A stretch of DNA of 64,000 bases, from positions 32,001 through 96,000 of the IMG/VR virus record IMGVR_UViG_3300023184_000045. The stretch is one strand, 5' to 3'. Below, one piece after another: positions 28,588 through 38,170 of the stretch. This stretch comes from a virus. A model generated the notes under the pieces. It saw nothing but the letters and a program-made list of their open reading frames with translations. It was not told where the DNA came from and did not search any database. Numbering within the stretch: the stretch's first letter is position 1; each line of letters starts with the position of its first letter. The position numbers and the translations under genes are program-made.

Positions 28588-30024
28588 TTAAGGTGCAGGA
28601 TTACCAACTGTATGACTATCTTCAGACTCGGTATTATACGTGTCCACTGATCCATCTTCGTCCCAACCTGCGGCAGTTAAAACCATTAACCTCATACCAG
28701 TGCCGTAACGTTCTGTGCCGTATAATGCGGTATATTTGCGTTTGCCTAACGTAGGGCCACCAACAATAATATCACCATTGTTATCATACCCGCCGTCGTT
28801 TTCGTTATAAACATCAACAGTAATAGTTGTGCCTGCGCCAACAACAGCAGCAGACACTGTTCCTAGCATGTCTAGCTCGTCTGCATATCTGAATCTAGGT
28901 GAACTTAAATTATTCAAGAAAGTAACAACAAATTCACCACTCTCAGTCAATGACTGCTGTGGATACGGATTTAATATTGCTGGATTATCTTCTGACTGTA
29001 TAGTAGCCGGTCTTTTCCTACTAGGAACCGGAACATCGACTTCTCTTCCAATAAATTTTACAAACTGCTGCGGAGACGATGACCCGCTAACTACAAACAA
29101 CGGGCATCGACTTGTTTCTTGCGTAATATTGTTATTTGCTGGATTTCCGTTTACAATTCCGCGGAAAACTGCACCGCCGCGCACATGCCCTGTAATTCTA
29201 TCTACTGCTCGTTGAATTAAAACCCAACGCAAGGGGCTATTTCCATACGGCTTACTTGGGTTAGGGTTATTAACTGGATCCCAGGTACCTTCGGGAGTTT
29301 CTTCTTGACTACCTTCCCAAACTGCTAAAAACATCCCTCTATTAGTCATTGTTAGTGTATAACTCATTGGATAAGCTGCTTCAGACCCAGTAATGCTTGC
29401 AGTACGATCTAACCAAATTTTGTTAAATGCAGTGGGCATCGCGCCCGGTGTTGCAGCAGTCCAATCGAGAGGCGAGACATTGCCAACTGGCTCTGTTATT
29501 GTTCCACCTGTTAATGCTCTGGTACTATACTGTGCAATGATACCAGTGTTTGACAATTGCATTTCTGTTGCAATATGTATTGCTAGTTGTGAGTCAGACA
29601 ATTGATTAAAACAAATTCTCCAATTTGACGAATTTCCAGCAGCTGAGTAATAACTGCCAACTTGGTCTTTATAAGCCAATGGATCTACTGCTACATTTGA
29701 CGATAATATCACTATACGAGAACTTCCAGTGCCAGCGCCACTTGCAGGTGGCGTTTGAGTTCCTGTTCCAAACGAATCGTATACTAGGTCAAAATACATC
29801 GATCCAGGGTCAGTATAAGTATTAACAGTCGCTAGCCCCCGAGCGGGTCTTGTAGTCCATGACGACCCGGTATTATAAGGAGAAGCTACTCTATTATCGC
29901 CCCCTAATGTTTTTGGACCCCATGGTTGAATTATGCCAACATTGCCGGTCATTTCACTTACTATGTCATTAAGTATGGTTTCTACACTTGTAAACCCGTA
30001 CTTTGTAATATTAAAACATGCCAT
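28588..30024 (-). CDS. Virion structural protein (paralog of 30044-32950)
   Basis: Shared motifs YPxxYTxTxTNRGxFxxVWEG, WxLxQRxVxRxTG, RCPxF and FLxNLxxPRFRYxxELDMxG. Confidence 0.7.
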   Translation of the reverse strand: MACFNITKYGFTSVETILNDIVSEMTGNVGIIQPWGPKTLGGDNRVASPYNTGSSWTTRPARGLATVNTYTDPGSMYFDLVYDSFGTGTQTPPASGAGTGSSRIVILSSNVAVDPLAYKDQVGSYYSAAGNSSNWRICFNQLSDSQLAIHIATEMQLSNTGIIAQYSTRALTGGTITEPVGNVSPLDWTAATPGAMPTAFNKIWLDRTASITGSEAAYPMSYTLTMTNRGMFLAVWEGSQEETPEGTWDPVNNPNPSKPYGNSPLRWVLIQRAVDRITGHVRGGAVFRGIVNGNPANNNITQETSRCPLFVVSGSSSPQQFVKFIGREVDVPVPSRKRPATIQSEDNPAILNPYPQQSLTESGEFVVTFLNNLSSPRFRYADELDMLGTVSAAVVGAGTTITVDVYNENDGGYDNNGDIIVGGPTLGKRKYTALYGTERYGTGMRLMVLTAAGWDEDGSVDTYNTESEDSHTVGNPAP

Positions 30025-30043
30025 TATTATTAAACTCCTGATG

Positions 30044-32950
30044 TTAGTGTGGTATATCTTTGAGTGCGCAGATTCTTAGGCCTGTGTTGTATGGTAAGTT
30101 AGAAGGCATTGCTCTGTAAACACGCGGCGTGCTTTCGTTATATACCCCAGATCCATTTGGTTTTTGTAATACTACATCATTACCACCTGCGCAAACATCT
30201 GCCGAAGTTTGCCCAACCATATCCAATTCTTCAGAATACCTAAATCTAGGTGTTGTTAAATTATGTAAGAATGATATTAGATATGTATTTGTCTCAGTTA
30301 GTGCAATTTGATTTGTTGTATTTAATATTGCATAACTATTAATAGTATGTGAATCTGCTGGTATTCTATACGCTGACAACATATTACTTTGCATCCATGC
30401 AGTACCAGCAGTAGCATCGCTTGCAGCACCTAGGGCGGCAAGTTGTTGATAACCTGGCAGGGATGCTGAACCCGACCCAATATATGCTATCATCGACCTA
30501 GGGTCAATTGTATCTCTGTAAGCGTCAGGGTCGCCTTGTTGCGGGTGTAAGATATCTTCTTCACGTACAACAAATTTCCAATATTTATATCCAACACTAT
30601 TAACGCAAAATACCGGGCATCTTCCTTTAGTTAAAGTTTTTCCAGTGTATCGGTTAACCGGCCGTTGTACTAAAAACCAATTAAAGAAATTATCTTTATC
30701 GGTAACACTTCTAACTGAAGTTTTTTGTATTACGCTCCAATTGCCTTCCCATACACCAAAAAATAGTCCTCTATTTGTTACAGTCATTGTGTAATTTAAC
30801 GGATATATTTCAGGGGATCCAGCAACACGAGCTTCTCTATTTAAAAATCCTTCGGCTGTTTTGTCTTTGTCAGGTGCAATCATACTACCACTATAACCCG
30901 GCGTCTGATGTGGAACATTGTTTGATCCATTTGAACCACCAAAGAATACATACTTTGTTGGTTGGGAGCCCATCATCCCAGCGCGGTCAATAGGATATTG
31001 GCCTGCAGAATTAAATATATTACTAATACCACCGTCATCTTGCAATTGCAACGGTGTACCAGCATAACAGTTTAAAGTCTGCGCTCCTACACCTACTTTG
31101 TTGTACACGCTTGTGTTGCTTACAACTTCAAATGCCAGGCGCCATGGTTGTCTATACGATTCGGGAAAACTAAATTCCAATAGGTCGTGCATCGTTAATG
31201 ATGCTTGACTATCTAATCGCACGTTGGCTTTGAGATTGTTTAAATTACTTAGATTGTCGTTTACGCTAACAACAGTGCCAATTAGCACCGGGTCACCGGC
31301 GCCTAGTAGCGTTACATTTTGCCCTTCGTAGATGATTCCTCGTTTGGTAGTGGCACTATTAGATAACTGATCTACTTCAATGTACACATTACTAGAAGTA
31401 CTTGCAGTTATGTTACCAGTAACTACGCGGCTGCTATTCAATGGATCGGTTCCACCATTAGCCTCTATAATTATTAAAAACCCAGCTGCTGTTATATCGT
31501 CGGTATCTTTTGCTTTTGCTCCGGCACCTCTAACTACAATTTTGTCATCTTGGTTAATAGTAATCTCATTACTGACTCCAAACCAAGTATAAGTTGACGA
31601 ATGTTGTTTCCAATTCTTTGCGCCGGGGCCGCTCCATTCTACAATTCCGTCAACCACCAGAATAGGATTAATACTAGTAATAGTAGTGCCAGGAGGAATA
31701 ATACTTGATGGATTAGATTCCGTTGGTTCAAGTAAAATTTCTTGACCAATAAAAAATCCTGTACCGGGTACACCACTAGTAGCATCGGTATACAGCACAT
31801 TTGCCCAAAAACCATCTCTAGGCCATAAATCAATTGATCCGTTGGCTCCGTGGGCATTTTGCCAGGTCAGGCCTGCGCCTTCAGGCTGCGCCACCGGGTC
31901 CAGGCCTGTTACTCCAATTGACAAGTATGCTGCTTCGGTATAGGGGTTTATAGTGGGGTTTATAGTAGTAGACAGTTTCCCGCCATGCTGAGAATAACTT
32001 GGCTTACTAATTGCCACCGTGCCGTTGTCAGTAACATCATTATACCCAGGATCCGCCAATGGCTGTGCAATTATATCTACAGTTGGTGCATCTGTAGATC
32101 TTGCTGGTACAGTTCCTGTGCTTTGACATAAAAATGTTCTTGTATTAGCAGTAAATGTTGGTGTTGTATTTGTAGAACTCAACCCATTTACATCCACTTT
32201 TGGCCATGTTAATTCAATTATATCAGTAGGAGTCACCGGAAAGTTAGTACCTCTTCTAGGCAACAAATACCAATTATTAGCTTTAATATTGTAGTCAGAG
32301 AAACCAGGCGTCCAGTCTTTTGTCATTCTAACTGACGTAATTGATCCGTACGGGGTAACTGATGATACAACTACGCGAGGAGCCGGTACATCTAATAATT
32401 TTAATTTTGGTGGGGTTCCTGCCGAGCCAGGATCATATCCTACGTCATACACAGGGTCGGTGTCGGTGTAATAAATTGTGTCGTTTATATTCAATCCCGG
32501 ACGTAGTGCAGTAAATACAGTTCCAATTACATTTGATGGCGAACCTATCTTAGTAAAATCAGCATTGCTTCCGCCGCTATTTGTACCAATGCTCACAATT
32601 TGATATGCATGCCCGTGCAGCCACGGATCACCGTTGGGAAATACCGCATCCCCTTGTGGGGATCCAGTTGCAAAAGCCGGCACGCTAATTTCTAATACGT
32701 CACCAACTTTGTACCCAACACCACCTCTAACTATTTTTAAATCTCTTAGAGTGGGACTTGCAGAATCAAGATACAAAATTGAATTTCCAACTTCGTCAGT
32801 TGCAGACACATGTTTTTTGTCAAACCCGTGTTCGTTAATCAAAGTGCCTACCGCATCACCTACTAATTCTGCCATATTAGTAAAACCAATTACTTCAGTT
32901 GCAAAAAAGTCTTGATCTGCGTATTCTTTTGTGTAAACTATTGTTGCCAT
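30044..32950 (-). CDS. Virion structural protein (paralog of 28588-30024, with a large internal insertion)
   Basis: Same conserved motifs; about 500 extra residues after the N-terminal GFTxxxE segment; TAAATA at 33005-33010. Confidence 0.7.
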   Translation of the reverse strand: MATIVYTKEYADQDFFATEVIGFTNMAELVGDAVGTLINEHGFDKKHVSATDEVGNSILYLDSASPTLRDLKIVRGGVGYKVGDVLEISVPAFATGSPQGDAVFPNGDPWLHGHAYQIVSIGTNSGGSNADFTKIGSPSNVIGTVFTALRPGLNINDTIYYTDTDPVYDVGYDPGSAGTPPKLKLLDVPAPRVVVSSVTPYGSITSVRMTKDWTPGFSDYNIKANNWYLLPRRGTNFPVTPTDIIELTWPKVDVNGLSSTNTTPTFTANTRTFLCQSTGTVPARSTDAPTVDIIAQPLADPGYNDVTDNGTVAISKPSYSQHGGKLSTTINPTINPYTEAAYLSIGVTGLDPVAQPEGAGLTWQNAHGANGSIDLWPRDGFWANVLYTDATSGVPGTGFFIGQEILLEPTESNPSSIIPPGTTITSINPILVVDGIVEWSGPGAKNWKQHSSTYTWFGVSNEITINQDDKIVVRGAGAKAKDTDDITAAGFLIIIEANGGTDPLNSSRVVTGNITASTSSNVYIEVDQLSNSATTKRGIIYEGQNVTLLGAGDPVLIGTVVSVNDNLSNLNNLKANVRLDSQASLTMHDLLEFSFPESYRQPWRLAFEVVSNTSVYNKVGVGAQTLNCYAGTPLQLQDDGGISNIFNSAGQYPIDRAGMMGSQPTKYVFFGGSNGSNNVPHQTPGYSGSMIAPDKDKTAEGFLNREARVAGSPEIYPLNYTMTVTNRGLFFGVWEGNWSVIQKTSVRSVTDKDNFFNWFLVQRPVNRYTGKTLTKGRCPVFCVNSVGYKYWKFVVREEDILHPQQGDPDAYRDTIDPRSMIAYIGSGSASLPGYQQLAALGAASDATAGTAWMQSNMLSAYRIPADSHTINSYAILNTTNQIALTETNTYLISFLHNLTTPRFRYSEELDMVGQTSADVCAGGNDVVLQKPNGSGVYNESTPRVYRAMPSNLPYNTGLRICALKDIPH

Positions 32951-33042
32951 TTATTTTTTACTCCTTGCCCAAAATAAACACATTAAGGGCTAATGTTATA
33001 AAGTTATTTATCATCTTTAATCCAGTTGTTATGTTTGATTAA

Positions 33043-33873
33043 TTAATTTAAGGCATTCCAGGCGCCGTTGACCCATATATTTAACTTATTAGATGACGTG
33101 TCAAATACCGTTTTTCCGTCATATAAATGCTGTGTTGGTAATGCCGTTAAAACTTCCGTTGCAGGTCTACTATCTGTTACAGCAGGGAAATAATATATAC
33201 TAAAAGTTATTGGATCACCAGCCTGGTAACTGTCCAAACTAGTAAGTGTTACAAATACTCTGGGTTGAGCCGGTTCTTCCAAATTTGAAAATATGCTGTA
33301 TTGTCTGCTTTGAAAACTACTTCCGTCGTTAAGTATAACAGTACCATCATCGGTTAAATGGTCTGGAGTAGCAATAAATGTATAAGGGTTTGGTTCATTT
33401 TTATCAGGCGTACTAAAAACTTCAACTTGAACAGGCCTGCTAACACTTACTGCATATACTATAGAACTAACTCCAATATTTAACACAAACTCTGCTGTAC
33501 CAAACCCAACCAAACTGCTTATGGTTGTTTCGTATCGTCTACGGCGTATTCCAGACTCTGGAGCTCCAGGAGCCCAGTATGTTACCATGCTGCCAGGGCC
33601 GTCGGCTGTTAGTATCTGGCCAAATCCATCTGGAGCCGTAGGCGGTAATGTATAAGATGTACCAATAGTTATTGTATTGCCAACAAACAAGTTACCTGTA
33701 ATGTTAGCAGAACCAATAACATCAAGTTCTACCCTGGGTGTTAATGTGTTAATACCTACACGTTTTTTAACAACGTCAAAATAAACAACATCACCATCTA
33801 TAGCTAAGTTAATACCATCTCGTTGCAAATTTGCAACAAGCATTGGACCAGTAATTCTTCCTATTGTTGCCAT
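33043..33873 (-). CDS. Fibre-anchor type structural protein
   Basis: N-terminal GRITGPMLVANLQRDG...YFDVVKKRVGINTLTPRVELDVIG shaft motif; C-terminal DGKTVFDTSSNKLNIWVNGAW. Confidence 0.65.
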   Translation of the reverse strand: MATIGRITGPMLVANLQRDGINLAIDGDVVYFDVVKKRVGINTLTPRVELDVIGSANITGNLFVGNTITIGTSYTLPPTAPDGFGQILTADGPGSMVTYWAPGAPESGIRRRRYETTISSLVGFGTAEFVLNIGVSSIVYAVSVSRPVQVEVFSTPDKNEPNPYTFIATPDHLTDDGTVILNDGSSFQSRQYSIFSNLEEPAQPRVFVTLTSLDSYQAGDPITFSIYYFPAVTDSRPATEVLTALPTQHLYDGKTVFDTSSNKLNIWVNGAWNALN

Positions 33874-34292
33874 TATGCGTATCCGTGTAAAATTACTATG
33901 GGTTGATTGTTAGGTGGGGCACTAGAAAACTCAATTTCTCTGCCATTAACTACAAATGCAACACCCGGGTTTTGAAAAACGTTACCAATGAACACTAAAA
34001 GATGCATTTCGTCGCCAGGCAAATAACTATACTTCATCGGGCCAAATCTAGTTTGTGACCCATTGCCAGTATATGTATCTTTTTGTAGCCTTGATGCATT
34101 AAGACCAGTTATAAATACCTTCCATGAATTATTATAAAATATTTCAGGATCCCCGGTGGTTTTATTATATCTAATTAATCCATCCACAGGCGAATCGGGA
34201 CCAACAGCACTATACCCTACTGGTATTCGTATGCTGTGGCTAGCAGATCTCAGCTCTAGATTTTTAAGGTATCTACCCATATTAAATGCCAA
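33873..34292 (-). CDS. Small structural protein
   Basis: DGLIRYNKTTGDPEIFYNNSW and YTGNGSQTRF...LVFIGNVFQNPG are typical phage fibre/baseplate motifs; stop/start overlap with neighbours. Confidence 0.65.
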   Translation of the reverse strand: MAFNMGRYLKNLELRSASHSIRIPVGYSAVGPDSPVDGLIRYNKTTGDPEIFYNNSWKVFITGLNASRLQKDTYTGNGSQTRFGPMKYSYLPGDEMHLLVFIGNVFQNPGVAFVVNGREIEFSSAPPNNQPIVILHGYA

Positions 34293-35616
34293 TACTAGAC
34301 ACTGTTGCTATAACCACTGGCAGATCTACAGATATTACAGGACTAGTTGTACGATATGTCCAAGTTGTCACATCTGGACTAGTAGCAACTCTGGCTGCGT
34401 ACCCAACTGCTATAAATTCTGCTCTATCCGAATTCCACAGTATTCCTGTACCTGCATCGCCGCCCCAATCTGAATTTGGATTAGCAAGTGCAGTTGACTC
34501 AGTTGCCCATGAGGATCCATCGTACAAGTACACGTTTGGTAGTGTACTACCAAATACATAAAATCCGTAACCTGGCCTAAAAGTTGCACTAGCAATGCAA
34601 GGCTGTGTTGATGATGTAACTAAATCTGCAAGTCCACTGTTGTAAGTCCACGACGTGCCATTGGTGCTGGTACCCGCACTGTGGCTATCAACAGTTAGTG
34701 CCAAATATATAGATCCTGATGTTAATATTGTTGTTATCCTGTCGGTTCCCCAAGCAGGTGTGTTGTATAAATCTAAATACACAGTCCACACATTTCCATC
34801 AACGCTTCTTGCAATTTTTCCGCCAGTACCACCAACGACAAAATAAGTTCCATCCCACATAACCGAAGTTGCATCAGTAAGTAGTCCCCAATCAGGATTG
34901 GCACCAAGATTTATTCTGTTAGTCCATGTACTGCCATTAATACTGGTAGCTACCCTGGCCTGGTCGCCAACAGCCATGAATATTGATCCATTGTTAGCAA
35001 CTGCATTAATATTTTTATTTCCCCAACCAGAAAGATTAAAAATTGCATCTTTATTAGCCCAATGTATGCCATCAGAACTAGAAGCCATTAGTCCCTGGTC
35101 GCCCACTGCTACATATTGATTGCCTATCATTTTAGTAACAGCATTTATTTTTGTTCCGCTTGGCCAGCCTAATGTGTCTATTAGATCGGACTGGTATGTC
35201 CATTCTTCGCCAGTAGGACTAGTTGCAACTTTTCCGTCGTTACCAACTATTAGGTATTCACTTAAATCATGTGCCCAAGTAACTGCTCTACAATCTGCAA
35301 TTGTGCCCCATCCTGTGCTGCTCAATCCAACACCAACTGTGGATGCTGGATCAATTATGTTAGCAAACAAACCGTCACCGTCGCCAAGAATTAATTTTTC
35401 ATTGTCTATTACATAAGTGTCATGCGCAGTTAATTGCACTTTATAATAGATCAGTCTGTTATTAGTAGGAATCTCTGTATTGGGTACAGCAAAAACATTA
35501 AACATAATTGTTCTATCGCTGGTATTGCAAAAATACATAGCAGTAATAGCACTACCGCCTGCGCTGGTATAGATGCTGTCTGCTGTGGTTGTTAAAGTTG
35601 TACTGGTTAATGCCAT
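34282..35616 (-). CDS. Virion protein with a 7-bladed BNR/Asp-box-like beta-propeller
   Basis: Seven ~45-aa repeats (xW...xxAVxx...xAVGxxGxxAxSxxGxxWT) at ~34345-35325. Confidence 0.75.
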   Translation of the reverse strand: MALTSTTLTTTADSIYTSAGGSAITAMYFCNTSDRTIMFNVFAVPNTEIPTNNRLIYYKVQLTAHDTYVIDNEKLILGDGDGLFANIIDPASTVGVGLSSTGWGTIADCRAVTWAHDLSEYLIVGNDGKVATSPTGEEWTYQSDLIDTLGWPSGTKINAVTKMIGNQYVAVGDQGLMASSSDGIHWANKDAIFNLSGWGNKNINAVANNGSIFMAVGDQARVATSINGSTWTNRINLGANPDWGLLTDATSVMWDGTYFVVGGTGGKIARSVDGNVWTVYLDLYNTPAWGTDRITTILTSGSIYLALTVDSHSAGTSTNGTSWTYNSGLADLVTSSTQPCIASATFRPGYGFYVFGSTLPNVYLYDGSSWATESTALANPNSDWGGDAGTGILWNSDRAEFIAVGYAARVATSPDVTTWTYRTTSPVISVDLPVVIATVSSIGI

Positions 35617-35626
35617 GTTATTTTTC

Positions 35627-36259
35627 CTATAGCACCAATGAATAAATCAATGCTCTTTGTTTGGTAATCAATTCTTGATCATCTTTGATAGAATTTGATA
35701 CATATAATCCTGTTACTCCGCCGCCAGGCAAGCTAGCATAAAACACAGTTGAGTCTGTTACTTGTGGCACGCTGTTGATAGTATATTTAATTTGTATGCC
35801 AGCATTAGATCCAAACAGTGAATACCCTGGATTAAACACAATATTTTGACTGTCAGCCGATCTAATCTCATAGCCTGCTAAATTTAAATCACCGCCTAAG
35901 TAAGGAGTAGGGTCATCGGCTACGTGTGACATAACATCACTCAGTGTGAGTCCACCATCTGAACTAATTTGCCACTTGCCTACTGCTTCTGTCCACTGAA
36001 AAACTGCGTTGGGTTCGTCGCCGCGTCTGACTTCTATGCCTGCATTTAATACTGGTACGCCTGTGGTTACATTAGCTGCTAATGTAATGATATTGTCCGT
36101 TATTAGTGTTTCAACAGATCCAATATTAGTTTGTGATCCAATTACTATTAAATCGCCTGCAATGCTAACAGTACCGTGGCCAGCACGAGCATCTAGATAT
36201 ATGTTGCCGTCTAGTGCTTTTAAGTACCAATCACCTGATGTACGATCAACCGTAGCCAT
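35627..36259 (-). CDS. Short fibre-module structural protein
   Basis: GDLIVIGSQTNIGSVETLITDNIITL...NAGIEVRRG...VFQWTE resembles modules in 7437-10643; TAAATA at 36279-36284. Confidence 0.65.
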   Translation of the reverse strand: MATVDRTSGDWYLKALDGNIYLDARAGHGTVSIAGDLIVIGSQTNIGSVETLITDNIITLAANVTTGVPVLNAGIEVRRGDEPNAVFQWTEAVGKWQISSDGGLTLSDVMSHVADDPTPYLGGDLNLAGYEIRSADSQNIVFNPGYSLFGSNAGIQIKYTINSVPQVTDSTVFYASLPGGGVTGLYVSNSIKDDQELITKQRALIYSLVL

Positions 36260-36300
36260 GAATTATTCCTATTTTAGATATTTATCATCTAAGATAAGTT

Positions 36301-36330
36301 AAAAAAATAGCTGCCACAGCAGCTATTTTT
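36301..36330 (-). terminator. Intrinsic terminator (perfect 12-bp stem, potentially bidirectional)
   Basis: aaaaatagctgc-caca-gcagctattttt, with a U-run on both strands, downstream of 36345-37355. Confidence 0.85.
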
Positions 36331-36344
36331 ATTTAAAAACGAAT

Positions 36345-37355
36345 TTAAGCGTTTGATATTTTGATGTTAACATCGGCTGCAAAGTATGGTTGATTGTCAT
36401 ATACTTTAGTACCGCTAGTACCATTTGCAGTCCATGCTACTGAACTATTACTTGCAAATTGATGACTAGCACCGGTACCACGAGTCACTCGTGCTTGATG
36501 ATTTGACAACTTTGTAATGTAATATTGATTGCCAGCAGTATCAGTTGCTGTGATAGAAGCTTCGCCAGCTGTAATTACAGCTGAATCTTTCAACTTGACA
36601 ATACCAGTTCTTGTGCCATCTGTTACTTTATAACGACGTCCAGAAACTTGTCTGATTACATCAACTGTGGTTGCCGAACCACCAGTTAAGTATGCTGTCA
36701 TAGTAATTGCATTCTCGTTTTGACCAACTACAGCCGATGATCCCATTACTGCATCACCAGTAACCGATTGGCTAAATGATACAGCCGCATCGGTTGGATC
36801 GGTATATCCAGAACCGTTGTTAATCATCAACACTGATTTGGCACGATAACGCAATGTTAATGTTGCGCCAGTGGCTGTACTTGCTGAGCCGTCGGCGTGT
36901 GTTACTGTGGTTGCTTGTGCTCCAGTTGCTAAAGCACCCGATGCATACAAGAATGTACCACGGCTCAATGGTGTTACAGCAGTAACATCGTCGCCGCCGG
37001 TTCCACCAATTGTATCAACTGTAAAAGTTGCTGTGCCGGCGGAAGTAGTAACTGTTAGAATATCACCGGCTACGTATCCAGCCATTGTACCGCCAATGGC
37101 AGTTGCACTTTCAACTTCAGATGTAACACTACCAGTTGCACGTACAGCACCTAGTGCTAACTTGTCTGGATCACTGAATGTAGTCGATGGTCGTACTGTA
37201 TACGCACCCAGGGCAGTTAATGTTACACTAGCAATCTGATTACCACCAAGACCGTCATCGCCTTGATTTGCAGAATTATGTGCGTTTGTACTTTCGGCAC
37301 CATTAGCGCCGATGTTGCGATTACCAAAATATTTTTTATTTAAAGGACGTCCCAT
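36345..37355 (-). CDS. Probable abundant virion protein (MGRPLNKKYFG N-terminus), function unknown
   Basis: Thr/Ala/Gly-rich beta-type protein with a strong SD (AAGGAGA), its own late promoter, a structured leader and a terminator. Confidence 0.7.
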   Translation of the reverse strand: MGRPLNKKYFGNRNIGANGAESTNAHNSANQGDDGLGGNQIASVTLTALGAYTVRPSTTFSDPDKLALGAVRATGSVTSEVESATAIGGTMAGYVAGDILTVTTSAGTATFTVDTIGGTGGDDVTAVTPLSRGTFLYASGALATGAQATTVTHADGSASTATGATLTLRYRAKSVLMINNGSGYTDPTDAAVSFSQSVTGDAVMGSSAVVGQNENAITMTAYLTGGSATTVDVIRQVSGRRYKVTDGTRTGIVKLKDSAVITAGEASITATDTAGNQYYITKLSNHQARVTRGTGASHQFASNSSVAWTANGTSGTKVYDNQPYFAADVNIKISNA

Positions 37356-37450
37356 TTTATTTTCTCCTTAAGAATTTATGGCGTTCTATGCCATACGCGG
37401 TTGGATTTCCGCATAAAACTTGCCCTATGCAAGTCGTACTGTCTATTTAT
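37356..37450 (-). promoter_or_regulatory. Late promoter (ATAAATA, 37444-37450) followed by a structured 5' leader: three hairpins and a possible pseudoknot ahead of the SD
   Basis: Stems acttgc/gcaagt (37418-37434), gcgg/ccgc (37397-37412) and tatggc/gccata (37377-37395). G-U extensions form only on the minus strand. Confidence 0.6.
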
Positions 37451-38103
37451 CAATTTAATTCAAATAATATTAAATGAGGTGTTCCAATTGGCACTACAAA
37501 ACTAATTTGATCTATTTCTATTGCATCACCTTCGGTTAATACGATATCGTTAATAGTGCAGCTTCCTTCTAGTACCAGTAAGTAACTAAAGTCATTCGTT
37601 TTTAGATTTTGATCTAGTATTCCTGCCCAACAACTAAACCTAGTATTTTTAAACACTATAGGCAGCGGAGCAAAGCCTGCAGGGCGATCAAAAAAATTGT
37701 ATTTAGGAGTTTGATCCCAATCTATTGTATTAGGATAAATCCATATTTGCAAATATCTATTAGACTCTGAGCTTTCATTAGACAATTCGTGCCATATACT
37801 ATCACCGCACCAAAAATGTTGCACTTGCCCAGCACGAGCTATATTATCATTGCCAATGTTATCCCGATGTCTACATTGTCCAGCAATGACATAATTGATT
37901 ATGTCTAGTCCGCAATGTTCATGCCAGCTGGTAATAAATCCCGGTTTAGTTCTATCATCATTGATTGTTGTCACCGGACCCCAGTTTGTATACTTAGGAT
38001 CGCGATAATTCATACAACTAAAACTACGATAACTTTGATAGTTGTCTTCCCCTAAACGATTTAATGGAATAAATCCTCTAGTATCTGCTGGTCTAATTTT
38101 CAT
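37450..38103 (-). CDS. Pirin-family bicupin (YhhW/quercetinase-like)
   Basis: Co-linear with E. coli YhhW: RxxxxRG, SxxxFS..NYxDP, INDD, HxHxxxxIxxYVxxG...HxDxxGN, H, QIWIxP, LVLEG...LxxGDA, LxLFxL. Confidence 0.9.
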   Translation of the reverse strand: MKIRPADTRGFIPLNRLGEDNYQSYRSFSCMNYRDPKYTNWGPVTTINDDRTKPGFITSWHEHCGLDIINYVIAGQCRHRDNIGNDNIARAGQVQHFWCGDSIWHELSNESSESNRYLQIWIYPNTIDWDQTPKYNFFDRPAGFAPLPIVFKNTRFSCWAGILDQNLKTNDFSYLLVLEGSCTINDIVLTEGDAIEIDQISFVVPIGTPHLILFELN

Positions 38104-38127
38104 ATACAGTATTTAATAGCCGTAAAA

Positions 38128-38150
38128 AAGCCTACTATAAAAGTAGGCTT
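38128..38150 (-). terminator. Intrinsic terminator
   Basis: aagcctact/agtaggctt 9-bp stem followed by a U-run on the minus strand. Confidence 0.8.
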
Positions 38151-38170
38151 GATTTTTAAATAACTACTGA

